Origin: Candidatus Freyarchaeum deiterrae
GTDB taxonomy: Archaea; Asgardarchaeota; Jordiarchaeia; Jordiarchaeales; Jordiarchaeaceae
Direction of reading: 5' to 3'
NCBI GenBank assembly: GCA_037305845.1
Contig: CP147778.1
Span: 320,001 to 384,000 of the forward strand
Length of the DNA: 64,000 bases
In this document: in pieces, positions 38,689 through 47,600 of the stretch
Numbering within the stretch: the first letter of the stretch is position 1
Layout of the letters: every line of letters starts with the position of its first letter
Program-made: the position numbers and the translations under genes
The notes under the pieces: model-generated
What the model was told of the DNA's origin: nothing
Databases searched by the model: none
The model's input: only the letters and a program-made list of their open reading frames with translations

Positions 38689-39449
38689 TGGTAGATAGGT
38701 ATAAATTTTTAGTTTATAGAAATTCCGGAGACGGTAATGCTCATTATATGCGATATGAAGTCCCCATATTTAAAGGAATGAATATTTTAGAAGCATTATT
38801 TTACATCCAAGATTACTGTGATTCAAGTTTTGCATTCCGTTACGCTTGTAGAGGGGCTATATGCGGATCTTGTGGTATGACGATAGATAAAGTACCACTA
38901 TTAGCATGCAGAACTCAAGTAGTTTCTGTTAAAACCATGAAAATGCCAATAAATTTACCAGAATTTAAGTTTGGTAATCATGACGACTGGAACTCGAAAA
39001 ATGAAATCCTCATAGAGCCATTACCTAATATGAAAATTATAAAGGATTTAATCGTTGATATGGAGCCATTCTGGAAATTCTATAGAGAGGTAGAACCCTA
39101 CTTCTCAAGAAACTGGAATGATAATGCACCAGAATCAACCCAATCAGCAGAACAAATGAAGAAAATTGAGCGATATGTTTATTGCATTCTCTGTGGTTTA
39201 TGCTGGGCTTGCCCTGTAAATGCGAAAAATCAAAATTATTTAGGACCCGCGCAATTAGCTAAAGCAAATAGATTTATTCAGGATTCAAGATTTTCAGAAG
39301 AAAGAAGGAATAGTATTGTCACTCGGGTATTAAAAGCAGATGCTGTACCCGCTTGTGAAAGATTTTTTGTTTGTAACAGAGTTTGTCCTAAAGAAGTTAT
39401 GCCCGGTACAGCAATTCATGAAATTCGAACTAAATTCTTAAATAAATAA
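38688..39449 (+). CDS. sdhB: Succinate dehydrogenase/fumarate reductase iron-sulfur subunit
   Basis: CRGAICGSC...LAC, CILCGLCWACP, CERFFVCNRVCP; 1-nt overlap with sdhA. Confidence 0.92.
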   Translation: MVDRYKFLVYRNSGDGNAHYMRYEVPIFKGMNILEALFYIQDYCDSSFAFRYACRGAICGSCGMTIDKVPLLACRTQVVSVKTMKMPINLPEFKFGNHDDWNSKNEILIEPLPNMKIIKDLIVDMEPFWKFYREVEPYFSRNWNDNAPESTQSAEQMKKIERYVYCILCGLCWACPVNAKNQNYLGPAQLAKANRFIQDSRFSEERRNSIVTRVLKADAVPACERFFVCNRVCPKEVMPGTAIHEIRTKFLNK

Positions 39450-39660
39450 AAGCTCTATGAAAAACTAATTTGAACTTAGAGAAGTGGCAAATATTTTTAA
39501 TAATTTTTTCTCTCGTATCACACTTGGAACCAGATATTTGAGTCGGAAAGACTTCCGAAAGAGCTATAAGAATTTATCGAGTGCTTGATTTCATTTGAAA
39601 CCAATAGTCTCGCAAAAAATGGAAATAATTTATTATTGAACTAAGAAAGGAAGAAAAATC

Positions 39661-40521
39661 ATGTTAACCGTAGGTGTTTCAAGCACATTATATCTCAATT
39701 TGACCATGGACCAAATTGTTGAGAAATTGGCAGAGTATGGTTTCTCTTCCATAGAAGTTTGGGCGGATGTGCCTCAGAAATGGTCCGGGAATTTCGATGA
39801 AGAGGAACAGCGAAAACTGGCGGATACACTTGAATCATTCGGTTTTCAGAGCTCCATACATGCACCGATATGGGACATGAACTTAGCATCTCACATAACC
39901 GGCTTTCGAAACTTATCCATAAATCAGATAAAATGGTCGATGGATTTAGCAAGAAAACTGGGTTCAAAACTTATTGTGCTGCATCCCGGTCACATGCCCC
40001 CATACGGCTCCATCGCATCTTTGCGTGAAAAGGGTAAAATGAACTTTATAGATTCACTTCAAAATTTGATTGATTACTCACTTGAAACCGGGGTTCCAAT
40101 AGGTTTGGAAAACCTTCCGTTAGACCTGAGTTTCTGCTATACTGTCGAACACCTTATCGAGTATGTTGACAGTTTCGAAAACCTCAACGTAACACTTGAC
40201 ATCCCACATGCTTATATGATTGAGAAATTTTTACAAAATCTAGACCCCAAAAAAAAGTCAACAACCCCAGAAGAAAGAATTGCCGCGGCGATAATAAAAC
40301 TTGGAAAACGCATCATCAACATTCATCTCCACGATAATGACGGCTCATGGGATCAGCACAAAGTTCCAGGAGAGGGAACCATCAACTTTAAACCCATAAT
40401 GAAAGCCCTAAAAGAAATAAACTACAGTAATCTAATCACACTAGAATTAAACGGCACAAAAGACCCCGACAAAACCGCATTGCAAGCCAAAAACGTAGCA
40501 GAAAAATTACTAAAATTTTAA
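39661..40521 (+). CDS. Sugar phosphate isomerase/epimerase family TIM barrel (AP endonuclease 2-like)
   Basis: SIHAP, VLHPG, GLEN, LDIPHA, IHLHDNDG..DQH, LE. Confidence 0.85.
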   Translation: MLTVGVSSTLYLNLTMDQIVEKLAEYGFSSIEVWADVPQKWSGNFDEEEQRKLADTLESFGFQSSIHAPIWDMNLASHITGFRNLSINQIKWSMDLARKLGSKLIVLHPGHMPPYGSIASLREKGKMNFIDSLQNLIDYSLETGVPIGLENLPLDLSFCYTVEHLIEYVDSFENLNVTLDIPHAYMIEKFLQNLDPKKKSTTPEERIAAAIIKLGKRIINIHLHDNDGSWDQHKVPGEGTINFKPIMKALKEINYSNLITLELNGTKDPDKTALQAKNVAEKLLKF

Positions 40522-40674
40522 ACCACCACCCCAAGCAATTTTTTTAATAAAGTAACAGCCAACTAAATCATTGGATAATACAAATTTTCCATTTGGTTTC
40601 TAACTCAACCCAAAAATTAAAATAATTAAAAAATAAAACTTAACCAATTAAAATACCTTTGGAGGTATTTTTTT

Positions 40675-41622
40675 ATGGCTTCTTTCTCCCCATGGAAAGA
40701 AAAGTGCATAATTACTTGCGCACTTACAGGAAGCGCTACTTTCCCTTATCAGTCGAAATACCTACCCGTAACGCCTGACCAGATATCAGACGATGCCAAA
40801 GCTGCTCGTGATGCAGGCGCAGCGATAGTTCATCTACATGTAAGAGACCCAAAAACAGGATTCCCATCGGCGGACTTGAACATCTGGAGGGAGAACCTTG
40901 AAAAAATTAAGCAAAAGGCTGATGACCTCATCGTCTGCTGTACTACCGGTGGTAGCGTAACCATGACTCCTGAAGAAAGGATACGTGTTGCTTCAGAGTT
41001 TTCACCAGAAATGTGCTCCTGCAACACCGAAACCATGAACTTCACTATGTTCAACCGAGCAGAGAGATTTAAAGACAATGAATTCTTATACAAAGTCGTT
41101 TTATCGACAAAAAATATGATATTCAAAAACAGCTTCGCGGATATAGAGAAATTTTTACAAACCATGTACGAAAACAATGTTAAACCCGAATTCGAATGCT
41201 ACGGTTCCAACGGCCTCTGGAACCTCATGGCTATGGTGAATTTAGGATGGGTCAAACTGCCCGCCCACATGCAGTTAGTCTTTGGAGTACTGGGAGGAAC
41301 AGGAAACACCCCCTACGAGCTAATACATATGTACACCGAAGCCCAAAGAATACTCGGCACGCAGAATTTCACATGGTCGGTAATTGGAGTCGGATATCCG
41401 CAGCAATTCCAGCTAGGAGCAGTGGGTGCGGTCATGGGTGGTCATGTACGTGTTGGTCTTGAAGATAACTTGTATGTTCGGCACCGGGAACTCGCGCAAG
41501 GGAATGGGCCTCTGGTTGAAAAGATGAGGAGAATAATTGAGGATCTGGGCCGAGAAATAGCTACCCCCGACGAAGCTAGGAAAATGCTGGGGCTTAAGGG
41601 AATCGACAAGGTTAACTTCTAA
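40675..41622 (+). CDS. Beta-keto acid cleavage enzyme (Kce/DUF849 family)
   Basis: ITCALTG, AGAAIVHLHVRDP, TTGG, KPEFECY, HVRVGLEDN. Confidence 0.9.
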   Translation: MASFSPWKEKCIITCALTGSATFPYQSKYLPVTPDQISDDAKAARDAGAAIVHLHVRDPKTGFPSADLNIWRENLEKIKQKADDLIVCCTTGGSVTMTPEERIRVASEFSPEMCSCNTETMNFTMFNRAERFKDNEFLYKVVLSTKNMIFKNSFADIEKFLQTMYENNVKPEFECYGSNGLWNLMAMVNLGWVKLPAHMQLVFGVLGGTGNTPYELIHMYTEAQRILGTQNFTWSVIGVGYPQQFQLGAVGAVMGGHVRVGLEDNLYVRHRELAQGNGPLVEKMRRIIEDLGREIATPDEARKMLGLKGIDKVNF

Positions 41623-41730
41623 ACCCTTCTGTCCTCTTCCTACTTTTTCTCGAAAAATAGAAGTAAAGTGCTTCAAATGAAGCATCAACTGGACATTTAT
41701 AGCGAAGTCTTTTTTTTCTGTTTTTTGTGA

Positions 41731-43065
41731 CTATCCCTTGAATATGTCTTTGGTTTTCTTCTCCAGTTCCTTGATGTCGCCCTTATTTACTTTTTTGGGG
41801 TTGTAATACTTCGCTCTGGAAGAATCAGGCAGCCAGTTATCGGGTACGCTTATAGTCTTGGCCTCTCCAGCCGGAACTGGTGGGGGTGCTTGTGCATATG
41901 CTGGCGATGCTGGCTGACGTGAACTGTGCATCTCCTCTTCCTCAGCTGGAGGTCTTTTCGGATCCTTGCGACCCTTATCTTTATCCTTATCCTTGTCCTT
42001 ACCCTTACCTTTGTCCTTATCCTTGTCCTTACCCTTACCTTTGTCCTTATCCTTGTCCTTACCCTTACCTTTGTCCTTATCCTTGTCCTTACCCTTACCT
42101 TTGTCCTTGTCCTTGTCCTTACCCTTACCCTTAGGTTGATCTTGCTCCTCATCATCTGGAAATCTTCTGGGAGCCTGAGAACCCGGAGCTCCACCATACT
42201 CCGCCTCAGCTGGAGGTCTTCTGGGAGCCTGGTAACCCGGAGCTGAACCGTATCCCGGAGCCTCACCATATCCCGGAGCTCCACCATACTCCGCCTCAGC
42301 TGGAGGTCTACTGGGAGCCTGGTAACCCGGAGCTGAACCGTATCCCGGAGCCTCACCATATCCCGGAGTTGGCTCTGGGCGGGGTGCTCTTCTTTGGGCT
42401 TCTGGCTTAATTTTTCCTAGAACAGTTGAAATCTGTGACCTCAGCTGCATCGATGGCGGGAGTGGATATCCTCCTGGGCCGTATTGTTGTGGTGTGGCTG
42501 CTGCTGCGGCTTCGAGTTTATTCATTTCTTTTGAAAAGACTGATGGTTTGACGTATTTCTCTTCTACTATGCCGCCTCGAGCTGGTCTGTATGTTCCGAT
42601 TGCTTCCTCTCCTGAGGATTCGCCGAAGCTTGAGGGTTGCATTTCTCGCCTTGCAGGTTGTTGTCTGGCTTGGCTCGGACTTCGACCGCCTGCTGCCTCA
42701 GCCTCTCTGGGAGACGCTGCGTAGGTTTTTTCTGATATATACTGTCTCCCTTGCGGTGTACCAGCCGCCGCCACGGAGGGGGTTCTACTGACTGACGGGG
42801 GAGTTTGATCCCTCGCAGCAGTTACAAAATCTGCAGGTTCTCTACTTCCAAGTGAAATCGGTCTTGCTTCTCTCTTTTCTCCTGTGTAAGAGGACCAGCT
42901 TGCAGCACCGTCTACTTTACTTTCAAGTTCCGTCATTCTTTGATTTATGAAAGCTATTTCCTGTCTCACTGCTTCTGTATACTGGTCGAAGACTTCTGCT
43001 ATTTTTTCAATCCCTTGCTCAAGCTTTTTTAGGACATCATCAACATGTTTCTCCTTATTTACCAT
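41731..43065 (-). CDS. Low-complexity protein: N-terminal coiled coil, Pro/Gly/Tyr repeats, K/D tract
   Basis: 444-aa ORF with upstream GGAGAGG; both DNA repeats preserve frame. Confidence 0.75.
   Translation of the reverse strand: MVNKEKHVDDVLKKLEQGIEKIAEVFDQYTEAVRQEIAFINQRMTELESKVDGAASWSSYTGEKREARPISLGSREPADFVTAARDQTPPSVSRTPSVAAAGTPQGRQYISEKTYAASPREAEAAGGRSPSQARQQPARREMQPSSFGESSGEEAIGTYRPARGGIVEEKYVKPSVFSKEMNKLEAAAAATPQQYGPGGYPLPPSMQLRSQISTVLGKIKPEAQRRAPRPEPTPGYGEAPGYGSAPGYQAPSRPPAEAEYGGAPGYGEAPGYGSAPGYQAPRRPPAEAEYGGAPGSQAPRRFPDDEEQDQPKGKGKDKDKDKGKGKDKDKDKGKGKDKDKDKGKGKDKDKDKGKGKDKDKDKDKGRKDPKRPPAEEEEMHSSRQPASPAYAQAPPPVPAGEAKTISVPDNWLPDSSRAKYYNPKKVNKGDIKELEKKTKDIFKG
41971..42129. repeat. 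30-bp tandem repeat, ~5.3 copies, encoding KGKDKDKDKG
   Basis: ACCCTTACCTTTGTCCTTATCCTTGTCCTT at 42001, 42031, 42061; variants at 41971 and 42091. Confidence 0.95.
42182..42368. repeat. 90-bp tandem duplication encoding PGYGEAPGYGSAPGYQAPxRPPAEAEYGGA
   Basis: 42182-42271 versus 42272-42361 differ at one base (42220/42310). Confidence 0.95.
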
Positions 43066-43269
43066 AGAGAGCCTCTCCCGACTCTTTAATTTCGGGTTGC
43101 TTAAATTATTCTACGTCTTTTGACTATAAATATTTATTTAATAGCATTTTGATTTTCTCAACACTTAAAAATGAGCAAAAAGAAAGAAGTGAGCAAAAAT
43201 TGATAATTGCTCAAAAAATAATGAAAGGGTGGAGGATGGGTGGTGTATTTTTCTGTTGATTCATGGAGT

Positions 43270-44196
43270 CTAAGTCACTGTTTTTTCTAGTGGTGGGATT
43301 ACCTGCTTTTTTCTGGACATCATGCCTTTTATGTATGCTGAATTGTCTTTTAGTTGTGCGTTGAAGGCTTTCTTGGTTACTGAGCCGTCTTTGTCTCCTG
43401 TTACTAGGAGTTCTGTTCCCTCCTGTATGATGTCGGTGAGCATCATGAAGAGCATGTCGTAGCCTTCCTTCTTCGACATTTTGTCCATTTCGCCAAGTAT
43501 ATCCTTTTTTCTGCCTCGGGCTTCCTCGATGTCCACTATCTCAACCTGCCCCACGCCCACCTTTTTGCTTCCGAACTTGTAGTCTTTGAAGTCCGATTTT
43601 ATAATGTCTTTAGCACTTTTACCCGCTAAGCTGGCTTTGGTTTTCTTTACCTCGATTCCAAATTTCTGTGGATCCACACCCACTATTGGAGCCAGCTTAT
43701 CGGCCGCCTTCTTGTCGCGGTCGGTACATGTGGGTGACTTGAAAACCACAGTGTCCGATAGAATAGCGCCGAGCAGTATTCCCGCTGTTTTCTTATCCAG
43801 TTTGATTCCCTTCTCAAAATACTTCTCCGCAACTAACGTCGATGTCGATCCTACTGGTTCGGTGTGGAATAGGATGGGATTCGCGAGTTTGAACTCTATA
43901 CGATGATGATCCAAGACTTCTAATACGTCGGCTTTGTCGGCTCCATCAACCATCTGGCCCAATTCGTTGTGATCTACTAGGATTAGCTTTTTTCCAGCAG
44001 CATTGTCCAATATCTTAGGTGCCTCAACGCCAAAGTTTTTGAGAACAAACTCCGTTTCGGGGTTAATCTCACCAGCTCTCGCAGCCGTGGCGGCAGGATT
44101 CTCTTTGGTTACTCTTTTTAAATTCGCGTAAGCTATGGCAGCACAAACCGAATCGGTATCCGGCGATTTATGACCAATAACATAAACCTCAGACAT
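43270..44196 (-). CDS. ppaC: Manganese-dependent inorganic pyrophosphatase (family II)
   Basis: GHKSPDTDS, LVDHNE, DHH, ILSDT, SRKKQ. Confidence 0.95.
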   Translation of the reverse strand: MSEVYVIGHKSPDTDSVCAAIAYANLKRVTKENPAATAARAGEINPETEFVLKNFGVEAPKILDNAAGKKLILVDHNELGQMVDGADKADVLEVLDHHRIEFKLANPILFHTEPVGSTSTLVAEKYFEKGIKLDKKTAGILLGAILSDTVVFKSPTCTDRDKKAADKLAPIVGVDPQKFGIEVKKTKASLAGKSAKDIIKSDFKDYKFGSKKVGVGQVEIVDIEEARGRKKDILGEMDKMSKKEGYDMLFMMLTDIIQEGTELLVTGDKDGSVTKKAFNAQLKDNSAYIKGMMSRKKQVIPPLEKTVT

Positions 44197-44675
44197 TTTC
44201 CAAATACCTCACAAATTCCTTTTCAAACCATTTTATCGCATCAAAGATATAAAACATTCGTCTAAAACCACTCAACTAAGGTCGAGAAAACAAGCAATCA
44301 AAACAAGAAGGCATCCAAATTTCCAATTTAAACTCGTGATCTACTATTTTTCAGCTTAAAAACTCCTGAAAAGTTCTTTCCCAATTCCATAATTCTATTG
44401 TATTCGTTGCTCGAATAGTAAAACTTAATATAATAATAGACCCTAAAAAATTCATTAGACATAAAGGAATGTAAAGTGAACCCTTTGATTGCGAAGGGTA
44501 AGCCACTAATTTCTGTTAACCCTGCAAAAAGAATGGACAGAATGAATGAACTAAAATAATTAGTCACCCTATTCGTAAAGCATCGACAGGCAATAATAGA
44601 GGCAATCTGTCTAAAATATGGAGCCGTTTTATTGTAGAGGGTGACGGGGGTTAAAATGTTATACTAAATAAATTA

Positions 44676-47600
44676 GTGGGGGACGACCATATGAGAGTGA
44701 GAAGTACGAGGAAGGAAGCATTTACAATAGTGGTTTTGGCAGCAATCCTACTTACAGGTGCGGTTGTACTTACCTCGACCTCGATTCAGAGCCAAAACCA
44801 AAAAACGTACCCACTCATCAACGCCTACATGCAAGGTGGCTCCCAAGGTTCTCCCCCTATCATTCTACCAAAGATGAACATCGATTCTAGCAGAATATTA
44901 AACGGAAGCGTCTACACTGAAACGATAATTGTGCTGGCGGACAACATAGTGATAGATGGAAACGGATCCACCGTCCAGGGCTCTGGATCTGGTTCTGGGT
45001 GTGGCTTCAACTTAACTGGCAGAAGTAACGTAACCATCTTTAACGTCACAGTCACGGGGTGGGACTACGGCTTCTACTTGCAACAAAGCTCGAACAACAA
45101 TCTCTCAGGCAACACCGCAAACAACAACACTTGGAGCGGCTTCTTACTACAATCCAACTCAAACAACAATACTCTTTCCAGTAACATCGCAAACAACAAC
45201 GGCGAAGGCTTCTTACTACAATCCAACTCGAACAACAATTTTACAAATAACACCGCAAATAACAACAACGGTGACGGCTTCGTATTGGCTTCCAGCTCTT
45301 ACAATACTCTTTCGGGTAACACCGCAAACAACAACGGATACCAAGGCTTCTGGCTAGTAACAAGCTCTTACAACAATACTCTTTCGGGTAACACCGCAAA
45401 CAACAACGGACTCGACGGCTTCCCCCTGTACTCCAGCTCTTACAATACTCTTTCGGGTAACACCGCAAACAACAACTACGAGGACGGCTTCGACCTGTAC
45501 AATAGCTCCAACAATATTCTTTCGAGTAACAACGCCACAAACAACAAATGGGACGGCTTCGACCTGCTCTCCAGCTCGAACAATAATACTCTTGGGGGTA
45601 ACAACGCCACAAACAACATGTATGGCTTCAGCCTGTGGTCCAGCGCGAACTACAATAATCTTTCGGGTAACAAAGCCATAAACAACACATACAGTTTCTA
45701 TCTTGAAACTGGTAGCTCAGGCAATGACTTTACGGGAAGTTTTGTAGCTAATTATCTCAGAGTTCAGGTTCTATACTATAACGGTGATGCTATGCAGGGT
45801 GCGGATGTTAAAGTAGAGGTCGACGGGAACCCAGTATACGCCTCTCTGGGATTTGGTGGAAGTAATTCCACATCAGACCAATATGGATTGACAGATTGGA
45901 TTTTCGTCCCATATGGAATCTTTAATAATGTCACACTGGTGCAGAACACAACGAATGTAACCGTAAACTTCACGGTTTTGAGTTTTACCAACAACAATAG
46001 AACAGTTAATATGTCCTCTCCTCATACGGAGACCTTCACTGCCACGCCCATTATATGGGAGGATACCTCAATAAATGGTTCCCAGAACATTTCAAACATT
46101 GATATTATACTAAACGGAAACCTTACAATCGCTAGCGGAGGAAGCCTAACACTAACCAACGTTCACCTAAGTGTTAACTGCACTACCAACGGTGAACACA
46201 GCATAGTGGTTCAGGGTGGGGGGGCACTGTATATGAATGACACCGACGGAAATCCCAATACTAGGAACGACGCCACAAAAATCACAGCATACACTCAGGA
46301 TAACGCGCATAATTTCCTCTTCTGGGTGCAACCCGGAGCAACATTCCAGATGAACAACAGCGAAATACACTACTGCGGATACGACAACTGGCCGAACATG
46401 GATTGCCTCGGTCCCTGCATAAACACAAACAACACAATAATCGAGAACAACACCTTCTCAAACAACTACTATGGAATAGTGCTCCAGAACGCCTACTATA
46501 ACACAATAAGAAACAACAATGCCACAAACAACAGTTACGAAGGCTTCTTCCTTGACTCCAGTTCCAACAACCAACTCATTAACAATACGGCTGCAAACAA
46601 CAACTGGAACGGCTTCATCCTCTATTCCGGTTCCAACAGCAACAATCTCTCAGGCAACACCGCAAACAGCAACGGCAACAACGGCTTCCACCTGGAAAAC
46701 GGCTCGAATAATCTTCTTTCAGGCAACACCGCCGCGTACAACACTGGTGCCGACTTCTACCTAAACTCCAGCTCATACAACACTCTTTCGGGCAACACCG
46801 CAGCCACTGTAGAAATCTACAACATTCCGGTGAATATTACCATTGTGGCGAATCCGACTACCGACTACATCCTCAGGTATCATGGCTTGTCTGTGGATCA
46901 ACCTCTGCCCGATGACTTCTGGAACTACTATCCACTCTACATCATCCAGACAACTAGTTCTTCATTTACCTACACCACGATACAAAACTTTTCCTCAGGG
47001 AGCCACTACGTCGAGTACGCGAGTTCTGGTTACGTGACGAACTACGCCTGGCATGCAAGAATATACATCAATAATGTCCTAGTGGCAGAAGGAGACGTTG
47101 GAAGATCCAACCACCTCATAGCCTATTTCGACGCAACTAACAACTCCCAATACGGCTTCTACCTAAACTCCAGCTTATACAACACTCTTTCGGGCAACAC
47201 CGCAAACAACAACACTTGGAGCGGCTTCTATTTGCGTTACAGTTCAAATAACACTATTTCGGGTAACAACGCAAGCAACAACTATTATGGCTTCTTCCTT
47301 TATTCCAGCTTGAACAATACTATTATGGGTAACAATGCCGTAAACAACACAAACGGTTTCTATCTGGATAGTGGTAGCACAGGCAATGATTTAACGGGTA
47401 GTGTTGTAGTGAATTATCTCTGTGTTGAGGTTCTGGGACAAACTGGTGGTGTTGTGCAGGGTGCGGATGTTAAGATAGAGGTTGACGGAAACACTATGTA
47501 TGCCTCTCCCGGATTTGGCGGCAGCAACTCCACGACAGACCGAAACGGATTAACTGACTGGATTTTATTCCCGTATCAAACCTGTGTCGGTGGAACTTGG

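Noticed and set aside
41850-42359. Alternative-frame ORFs with (VRVRTRIRTK)n, (CPYPCPYPYL)n and (LILVLTLTFV)n
   Set aside because: By-products of the stop-free tandem repeats in the 444-aa gene
41971-42368. Regular repeats as a possible CRISPR array
   Set aside because: Head-to-tail repeats with no unique spacers, lengths are multiples of 3 inside an ORF, and no cas genes
44328-44567. 79-aa ORF upstream of ppaC
   Set aside because: AT-rich intergenic composition, no motif or ribosome-binding site
45070-47400. AAC-rich near-identical repeats suggesting a diversity-generating retroelement
   Set aside because: No reverse transcriptase in the window, no non-coding template repeat, and the AAC codons are the conserved part rather than the mutated part
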